IMG/VR virus record: IMGVR_UViG_3300019360_000147
Coordinates: 1 to 64,000 of that record
Length of the DNA: 64,000 nt
Strand: one strand, 5' to 3'
Source of the DNA: a virus
This document shows, piece after piece, positions 57,479 through 64,000 of this stretch (the first letter of the stretch is position 1; each line of letters starts with the position of its first letter). Below the pieces are notes generated by a model. It saw nothing but the letters and a program-made list of their open reading frames with translations, was not told where the DNA came from and did not search any database. The position numbers were made by a program, and so were the translations under genes.

Positions 57479-58690
57479 ATGCAAAGATTTCTTGCCGCCC
57501 TTCTCAGCCTTCTCTTGGTCCTTTCGTCACTGACTGCCTTCGCAGACTCTTTGTCGATCACGGCATGGCAGACGGGGGACGCCCTCAATAGCACAAATTT
57601 GAACGCCCGCATGAACAGCATCAGCACCTGGGCCAACGGCCTAGTGGCAAATGACAACATCAAATCCACCGCCGCCATCGTCGGCAGCAAACTCGATCTC
57701 ACCTCCGGCACGGGACGTATCTCTCACACGACGTCCGTTACTGATGATGCTCCAGTGTTCACCAGTGCCCAGACCTGGAACGATGCCGCTGAAGTATTCT
57801 CGGCCTGGCGGCTGACGGTCACGAACACGAACTCTGCCTCCACCTCACGGCTTATTGATCTGCGCGTGGGCAGCACGATCATTGCCAGTATCTCCCGCAC
57901 GGGGCAATTCAGCCTGAATCCTCAGAATTTCTCCTCTGGGCCGACGACGATGATGGATGGGGCGTGGTTCAATGTGGCCAGCGCCACGATGACGGACAAT
58001 ATCACCGCTGCCTCTGGCACCGCACCGATGTTCATCGCGTACGCCTTCCAGCGCCCCGCCGTGGCTGCCGCGAATTCCTCAGTCACGACGACCAACGCCG
58101 CCACCGTCTTCATCGCCAGCGCCCCGGTGGCTGGCGACAACATGACCCTGACGAATCGTTACGCGCTGTGGGCGGCGGATGGTAGCTTCCGTTTTGGCGC
58201 CGGTCCCCATGCCATCGGCGGGGCGACGAATCCCACCGCGCAGCTTCTCTTGACAGGCTCATATACGCCTTCGTCGAGCGTTGATGCGGCAGGTATTGTT
58301 TTGACCAGTACCCTCACTCCCGGCGCCGTGAACCTGAATGCCCGTGGAGTGCTAATTCAAGCGACGTTCAATAAACTCGGGAGCGGTACTCACACGATCT
58401 TTGCGGGCGTTCAGGTTGACGCTCCTACGGTTGGCGCTGGTGCAGCAACGCTAACGAATGCAGCAACGGTGTACATCACGGGCGCCCCCACCGCCGCGAC
58501 GAACAACTATGCGCTGTGGGTGGAGGGGGGCGACGTGCGTTGGGGTGCGCCGCTTGTCGCTCTCGGCGGCGGTGCCGCTCCAACCTTCGGCACGATCGGT
58601 GGCTCCGGACCCGCAACGGGGGCTCAGAACTCATGGATGCGTATAATCGACTCGACCGGGGCCACCTTCTGGGTGCCCGCGTGGAAATGA
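57479..58690 (+). CDS. tail-fibre-like protein with N-terminal signal peptide
   Basis: MQRFLAALLSLLLVLSSLTAFA; Thr/Ala/Gly-rich with repeated TNAATV.I..AP....N.YALW. Confidence 0.75.
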   Translation: MQRFLAALLSLLLVLSSLTAFADSLSITAWQTGDALNSTNLNARMNSISTWANGLVANDNIKSTAAIVGSKLDLTSGTGRISHTTSVTDDAPVFTSAQTWNDAAEVFSAWRLTVTNTNSASTSRLIDLRVGSTIIASISRTGQFSLNPQNFSSGPTTMMDGAWFNVASATMTDNITAASGTAPMFIAYAFQRPAVAAANSSVTTTNAATVFIASAPVAGDNMTLTNRYALWAADGSFRFGAGPHAIGGATNPTAQLLLTGSYTPSSSVDAAGIVLTSTLTPGAVNLNARGVLIQATFNKLGSGTHTIFAGVQVDAPTVGAGAATLTNAATVYITGAPTAATNNYALWVEGGDVRWGAPLVALGGGAAPTFGTIGGSGPATGAQNSWMRIIDSTGATFWVPAWK

Positions 58691-58811
58691 CATGGCGAAG
58701 CCTGATCTCCCCTCGGAAAGGGGCAAGCGGCACGAGTTGTTCCTAAGCGAGGTAAACCGATGGGGCGGGAAATAGTTTCTACGTCCCAGCTATGAATGCG
58801 TCGTGGTAGTT

Positions 58812-59261
58812 ATGCGCGACCTCACGTGGTATCAGCCCTGGCCCTGGCCGGTCTATGACGAGCCGGAAGACGCCCCGGACGGCTGGCCCGGCTTCCTGGC
58901 GGCACACCAGCATGAGGAGATCGCCGTCGCCCACTGGGACATCGCCAAAGCGCAGCAGGCGGGTGTGTGGTCGGAGGGCCTGCCCAACCTCGCCGTACTC
59001 CTGTTCAATTGGTATCCGGCCTGCAGCGCCGTGCCTGTCTTGTTTCGATGGGCCTATGTGCCGTTCAAGACGCTGGAGTACCGGTTACGCTACTCAAAGC
59101 GCGATGTGCCGTGTTACTTGACACTCTGGCGTTTGGATCGAGCAGCCAGTGACGACGAGTACGGATACCACTACTGGCCCAGCCGTTTTTGGAACGCGTG
59201 GTCGTTTTTTTTCTTCAAGGTGCTGTTATGGCCAAGAGCCACTGGACGAGCGTTCTTCTAA
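58812..59261 (+). CDS. hypothetical protein
   Basis: Aromatic-rich ORF. Confidence 0.45.
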   Translation: MRDLTWYQPWPWPVYDEPEDAPDGWPGFLAAHQHEEIAVAHWDIAKAQQAGVWSEGLPNLAVLLFNWYPACSAVPVLFRWAYVPFKTLEYRLRYSKRDVPCYLTLWRLDRAASDDEYGYHYWPSRFWNAWSFFFFKVLLWPRATGRAFF

Positions 59262-59530
59262 TCACAGGGATAGGGGTCTGGGCATTCCCGCCCCTGGCAG
59301 AGTCCCAAGACGCACTGGGGGCCTGTCAGGACCAACTCCGGGGCGTGCGGGTGTACGCCGAACGCCTAGCGAAATCCAAGCAGGCAGATGATCTGGACGC
59401 GGCGCAGGTGATTGCGAACCTCATCAAACAGATTGAGAGCCTTCAGGCCGAGATGCAGCGGATAAAGGCGAAGCCACCAGAGAGTCCTACGGTTCCGAAA
59501 GTCGCCCCACAGGGCGGGGAGACACACTGA
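59228..59530 (+). CDS. TM/signal + coiled-coil protein
   Basis: Hydrophobic N-terminus followed by heptads. Confidence 0.55.
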   Translation: MAKSHWTSVLLITGIGVWAFPPLAESQDALGACQDQLRGVRVYAERLAKSKQADDLDAAQVIANLIKQIESLQAEMQRIKAKPPESPTVPKVAPQGGETH

Positions 59531-61197
59531 TGGCCATTGACCTCACCGGCATCTTCCAAGGCGGCCCCGGCGCGAAGGGCGAGGATTTCTACAAACAGTT
59601 CCCCTTCCTCAGGCCTCCGGCTCCCCCGGAGGAGTCGCTGATGCGGTACGCGACCGCCCCAAAGCCCACGCAGCCTCCGACCCTTCCCATGACGCAGAAT
59701 GCGCAGGGAGTCTGGGAGCCGACCGGGCCCGCACCGACCACGGGGGCAGACCTCTCCGGACTGGCCCCGCTGCGGCAGGCAAGTCGGCAGACCCTAGCGA
59801 ATGCCTACGATCCGGGCGGGGGGGTGGACCAGCAGGCCCTCCAAGATCTCATCAATCGGCAACTCTGGGGGACGGGGGAATCTGCGGGTGTGTACTCCGG
59901 CATGGCCAGCCGCGGCCTGAACGAGTTACAGCCCGAGACCCAGTACGCCACGAGCAGGGTCGTCAAGGATTCTCTCCAGCAGCTCGCCGATCAGTACGCC
60001 GCCCGCCAGCGGGCCGCGATCGAGACCGGCCGTACGACGGAGATGACCGAGCCGAACTTCCGATTGACCGAGGCCGGCGTGACGGGGGCATATGGGGGGC
60101 AGCCGACGTTGGAGAATCTCCTCGGCACCCGGGCCCTCGACATCCGGGGTGAGGAAGCGGCGACGCGGTCAAAGCAGCTTGAGGAGGAGTTGAGTTTCCG
60201 GCGGCAGGCGCTGCTCGGGTCGATGATCGGGGGATTGGCCGAGCGGAGCGGACTCCTGGATCTGATATTTGGCGGCCGTGCTGGCACGGCAGGCGGGGGA
60301 CTGTTGGGAACGGCAACCGGTGCTGCGACACGGGGGCTATTGCCGCAGGCCGTGCGATGGATCGGGGAACAGCTTGGATTTGGCAGCGATATTGCGGCGT
60401 ATACCCCGCAGCAGCGGGCCATCATCGACTCCATGACCCGGCAGGATGCCATGGTGGAATCGATGAACATGGGTCAAGGCGGGGGCGGGGGCGGTGGTGC
60501 TGGCGGGGCGGTTGGCGGGGCGGCCAGTGGAGTCGGAGCCGCAAATACCGTCAGCGGTATGGCGGGCGGGCCGACGATCCAAGGTCTGTTGGCTGGCGTC
60601 GGGGCCTTAACTCCAGGGGGTGTCGGAGCAGCCGCGCCATCTATCGAGGCCGGGTTGGTTGAGATGTTGGGGCCGGAGCTGGCCGCCGAATTGGGGTATG
60701 GGGCTGGAGCCACTGCTGGCGGCGCAGCGGGCGGCGCTGCTGGCGGCGGTGGCGCGGGGGCCGGTGCAGCTGGCGCAACTCCGCTCGCCGCTTGGGCGCT
60801 TCCGGTTGCGGCGATTGGCTTGCCGGTGGCAGCTGGTCTAAGTGCCGGCTACGCGAACAAGAAACTTATGGGTGCGGAGTATGGAGCAAAGATGGCGTTC
60901 CAGGGTCAAATGGCCAAGAATCCACAAATCGGGCAAACCCTCTTAGCGAACTTCCAAGATGAGGTGAACAGGGCCATCGCAGCCGACGTGGACGTGTATC
61001 CCGGCGATGTGATGACTCGGGCGATCCAGCGGACCGGCATTCCCACGACGAATGACGTTTATACGGCTGGAATCAGTCAGGTACTAACGGGTGAACAGCC
61101 ATACGCGCAAGTGTGGGCACAACTTCATGATTGGCTACGGCAGAAAGCTTACTCGATTTACGCCAATCCAGCCTGGGATATGGACCTCGGGAAGTAG
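59530..61197 (+). CDS. putative internal virion/DNA ejection protein
   Basis: Gly/Ala-rich with glycine-zipper segments; located after the tail genes. Confidence 0.65.
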   Translation: MAIDLTGIFQGGPGAKGEDFYKQFPFLRPPAPPEESLMRYATAPKPTQPPTLPMTQNAQGVWEPTGPAPTTGADLSGLAPLRQASRQTLANAYDPGGGVDQQALQDLINRQLWGTGESAGVYSGMASRGLNELQPETQYATSRVVKDSLQQLADQYAARQRAAIETGRTTEMTEPNFRLTEAGVTGAYGGQPTLENLLGTRALDIRGEEAATRSKQLEEELSFRRQALLGSMIGGLAERSGLLDLIFGGRAGTAGGGLLGTATGAATRGLLPQAVRWIGEQLGFGSDIAAYTPQQRAIIDSMTRQDAMVESMNMGQGGGGGGGAGGAVGGAASGVGAANTVSGMAGGPTIQGLLAGVGALTPGGVGAAAPSIEAGLVEMLGPELAAELGYGAGATAGGAAGGAAGGGGAGAGAAGATPLAAWALPVAAIGLPVAAGLSAGYANKKLMGAEYGAKMAFQGQMAKNPQIGQTLLANFQDEVNRAIAADVDVYPGDVMTRAIQRTGIPTTNDVYTAGISQVLTGEQPYAQVWAQLHDWLRQKAYSIYANPAWDMDLGK

Positions 61198-61313
61198 TTG
61201 CGGCCGATGTTGTAAGCGGGGGGGCGGGCTGACTGCGGAAGAGTTAACACGATGGGGGGACATGTAGGGTCTGGTGTTCTGACCGAGGGCGAAAAGACGA
61301 TTCGGAGAGTGCG

Positions 61314-62525
61314 ATGGCCAATTTCCTGAACGTCGGGATTCCCTCAGCTATCTTGGCGGCCGTCGGGTCGGCACCCGAGCAACGGGAGCGGGCGGACCGA
61401 CTCGCCCAACTCGAGGCTCAGCGGCAATACCAGGCCGAACGGCTCGGACTGGATCGGGAGACGCTGGCGGAGACGCGCCGGCAGCACGATCTGCAGTACG
61501 GACCGAGCACGATCAACGTCCCCGGCGTCGGGGAGATCACCGGGCCACGCTGGGCCATCCCCTCCCTGATTCAAGCGGCGTCTGCTCGGGAGCGGGAGGT
61601 GAGTCCGACGGAACTCGGGGCACTGGCGACCATCCGGGAGCGCATCGTGAATCCCCAGGTGGGCGGCATGGTGGATCTTCCCCAAGACATCAGACTACCG
61701 CGGACCTCGGTGGAGAAGCTCTTCACGGAGGCGGGGGCGCAGCGGAAAGAGGTCGATCTTGCCGCCGCCAAGCAGAAGCAGGGACTCGCGAATGCACGGT
61801 ACCGGCAGGCATACTCTCTCGGGATCGCTCAGGGAATTCCCCATCCGGTCGCCGATGCGATGGCAATCGAGACCGCGACGAAGGAATTCGGCGTGGCACC
61901 TGAGCGTGAGGCCTTTGCAACGGAGCCAAGGGAGGGGCGGCAACCCACCGAGGCGAGTCTTGCGTTCGATGCGGCTCGCGGAGATCCCGCCAAGGCCCTG
62001 GACATTCTCAAAAAGCAAAAGCGGGAGGTCGGACGGAGTAAGGTGGATCTGGCTCTTGAGGTGGCTGGCGGAGATCCCGCCAAGGCCATCGCCATCCTGG
62101 ACCGGGATGAACAGCGGGAGCGTGACTCCGCGTGGGCAAAGGCCAGCACTATCCTCACGCAGGCCCGGAACATACGATCCATGGAGCAGGGCCGATTCGG
62201 CAAGATCATCATGGATCCGGTCGAGGAGGAGAACGTGATCAGTCGCATCGCCAATCAACTGGCGGTGGGGACGCGCGATCCACTGGTCCAGGACATTGTT
62301 CGGACAATGATGGGGGGGCTTGGCGGGGGTGTCCAACCCCCTGGGGCACAGCCGCCCGTGGCTCCTCCAACTCAACCGCGTCCCGCGCCGGCCGTGCGGC
62401 CACCGGCACCAGCCGGGGCACCCGAGACGCTTAGTCGACGTGACACACGGTACAGCAAACTCCAGGGTCGTGGACTGTCCGACCAGCAGATCGAGACACA
62501 ATTCGGGGTGAGGATCGTTCCATAG
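61314..62525 (+). CDS. putative internal virion/ejection protein
   Basis: Helical; duplicated GDPAKA motif. Confidence 0.65.
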   Translation: MANFLNVGIPSAILAAVGSAPEQRERADRLAQLEAQRQYQAERLGLDRETLAETRRQHDLQYGPSTINVPGVGEITGPRWAIPSLIQAASAREREVSPTELGALATIRERIVNPQVGGMVDLPQDIRLPRTSVEKLFTEAGAQRKEVDLAAAKQKQGLANARYRQAYSLGIAQGIPHPVADAMAIETATKEFGVAPEREAFATEPREGRQPTEASLAFDAARGDPAKALDILKKQKREVGRSKVDLALEVAGGDPAKAIAILDRDEQRERDSAWAKASTILTQARNIRSMEQGRFGKIIMDPVEEENVISRIANQLAVGTRDPLVQDIVRTMMGGLGGGVQPPGAQPPVAPPTQPRPAPAVRPPAPAGAPETLSRRDTRYSKLQGRGLSDQQIETQFGVRIVP

Positions 62526-64000
62526 ATGGGGCTCGCTGAGATCGACAACTTTCTGAGTGCTGACACGCCACGCGCCGGAGGACTGGCGGCGATCGACGAC
62601 TATCTGGAACAGCCACCTGCCTCCTCAACCTGGCGCGATCGCATGTTCAAGACCGGGCAGGAGACGCTGGCGGATCCGAACGCGACGACCGGGGAGCGGT
62701 TCTTGGCGGGGGTGACGACCGGGATGCGGTCCGTGCCAAGTCCGTTCCGTCCCCTTCCAGGGCCACAGGCGACGCTTGAAGAGATCCAACAGGATCCGCT
62801 TCCGACCCGGATCGCCGAAGTGCCGATGCTGCCATTTTCGATGGCGTTTTCCGGGGTCACGCGTGGGCTGGAAGAGGCCGGGGTCATCAGCCGGGAGACC
62901 ACGGAGAATCTGGCGAAAATCCCCGTGGCGCTCGCCCCGATGTTCATGGCGCCGCCTCCACGGCCAGCACGATCCATCCCACCCCTGCGGGCGAAGCAGG
63001 CTATGACTGAGGCTCCACCGATCGTCCGACCGATTCCAGAGCCTGGGGGGCCACCGATGCAACCGGTGGAGCCCCCCGTTGCCCCCCGTGCCAGACCGAT
63101 GGGTCCTGTCCCGGAGCCGACCGTGACCCTGGGGAGTTTGGGCGGGGGCCTGCAAGATATCGCTGGCTACCTGCCTGAGTCAGTCCGGAATCTGCCTGCG
63201 ACCTATTGGAAGGAGGTCCAGAAGGGCTTGGATTACATCTCCGCCAAGACGCCGAGTGTCCTCCCGATCGTCCGACCGATTCCAGAGCCTGGGGGGCCAC
63301 CGATGCAACCGGTGGAGCCCCCCGTTGCCCCCCGTGCCAGACCGATGGGTCCTGTCCCGGAGCCGTTGACCACCGTCGCCCCGGAACTCGCTATGCCGGA
63401 GGTCATCCGCCGGGCGATTGAACCGACCCGTCCAGCGAAACTGCCTGCGGTCGGGATCGGGGATGTGCAGGAAGTCCGGTTCGACGCCAAACAGGAGAAG
63501 GCCAAGATCGCCGGGTACCGGGCGGGGGCGGAGGAGCCGATTCCAGTACCGAGAGCCGAGAGCCGAGAGCCGAGCAAGATGGAGGGAGCGGCCCGGGAGC
63601 CATTCTTCGGGGAGGTGGACCGACTGGCGGCGGAAGAGGCTGGGCTCTTCCGGCGGGAGCCCGTGGGTGCGCCTATGCGCGTCGAGACGCCAGAAGGGGC
63701 TCGGGCGGTCACCGCCATGGATCCACGCCTTATGAAGGTTTTGGGGGGGAACCTCTATTCGGGCGACCTTGGCGTTGTGGCCGTGAAAGAGATGCTGCAG
63801 AACGCCACGGACAGTCTGCGCGCCCTGGAGAAGCCCGGCACTGGAACCGTCCGGGCGTCGGTGGACTCCGTTAAGCGGACGATTACGGTCACGGATACTG
63901 GGGCGGGCATGACGCCGGAGGTGGCGACCAGGGAATTGGTGGATATCGGGGGATCGTCAAAGGCCGAAGGCTCGGCCGGGGGATTTGGAATCGCCAAGGT
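62526..64000 (+). CDS. large ejection/polyvalent protein with GHKL ATPase domain (3' truncated; absent from the ORF track)
   Basis: Open frame from ATG 62526 to the window end; KEMLQNATD, VTDTGAGM, GGFGIAK. Confidence 0.8.
   Translation, partial: MGLAEIDNFLSADTPRAGGLAAIDDYLEQPPASSTWRDRMFKTGQETLADPNATTGERFLAGVTTGMRSVPSPFRPLPGPQATLEEIQQDPLPTRIAEVPMLPFSMAFSGVTRGLEEAGVISRETTENLAKIPVALAPMFMAPPPRPARSIPPLRAKQAMTEAPPIVRPIPEPGGPPMQPVEPPVAPRARPMGPVPEPTVTLGSLGGGLQDIAGYLPESVRNLPATYWKEVQKGLDYISAKTPSVLPIVRPIPEPGGPPMQPVEPPVAPRARPMGPVPEPLTTVAPELAMPEVIRRAIEPTRPAKLPAVGIGDVQEVRFDAKQEKAKIAGYRAGAEEPIPVPRAESREPSKMEGAAREPFFGEVDRLAAEEAGLFRREPVGAPMRVETPEGARAVTAMDPRLMKVLGGNLYSGDLGVVAVKEMLQNATDSLRALEKPGTGTVRASVDSVKRTITVTDTGAGMTPEVATRELVDIGGSSKAEGSAGGFGIAK
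63018..63365 (+). repeat. perfect 102-bp in-frame direct repeat (63018-63119 and 63264-63365)
   Basis: Both copies encode PIVRPIPEPGGPPMQPVEPPVAPRARPMGPVPEP. Confidence 0.95.

Noticed and set aside
59228-59530. Spanin/lysis cassette
   Set aside because: No adjacent endolysin, holin or lipoprotein partner was recognised.

Overview
The window is a GC-rich segment of what appears to be a single temperate tailed phage or prophage, with nearly all genes on the + strand. From left to right: (1) The 3' end of a TnpB/Cas12f-like gene whose RuvC catalytic motifs look degenerate, then a leader and an 8-repeat CRISPR array (37-bp repeat). Spacer 3 matches this element's own late gene at 50886-50920 (34/35 nt). 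(2) A glycan biosynthesis and modification cluster of about 22 kb: glycosyltransferases, an initiating sugar transferase, WecB/TagA, NeuA/NeuB, KdsB-like, an ABC exporter, methyltransferases, a radical SAM enzyme and ParB-like proteins. Two leaderless satellite mini-arrays with the same repeat sit inside it. Both carry an identical 56-bp 5' flank resembling an IS200/IS605 right end, and all three arrays share a palindrome/Shine-Dalgarno tail. An intact IS607-type TnpB is also inserted here. (3) An AT-richer control region, small early genes and a tyrosine integrase. (4) A podovirus-like morphogenesis module: terminase, portal, scaffold, N4-gp56-like capsid, adaptor, nozzle and ejection proteins. 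It is interleaved with Ser-rich fibre proteins, more glycosylation enzymes, an O-antigen-ligase/OTase-like membrane protein and several signal-peptide-bearing virion-like proteins. The best candidate novel system is a phage-borne, probably nuclease-dead Cas12-like effector with a self-matching spacer and IS-end-flanked dispersed mini-arrays. A second candidate is phage-encoded glycosylation of exported structural proteins. All family calls come from motifs read by eye; no database searches were run.
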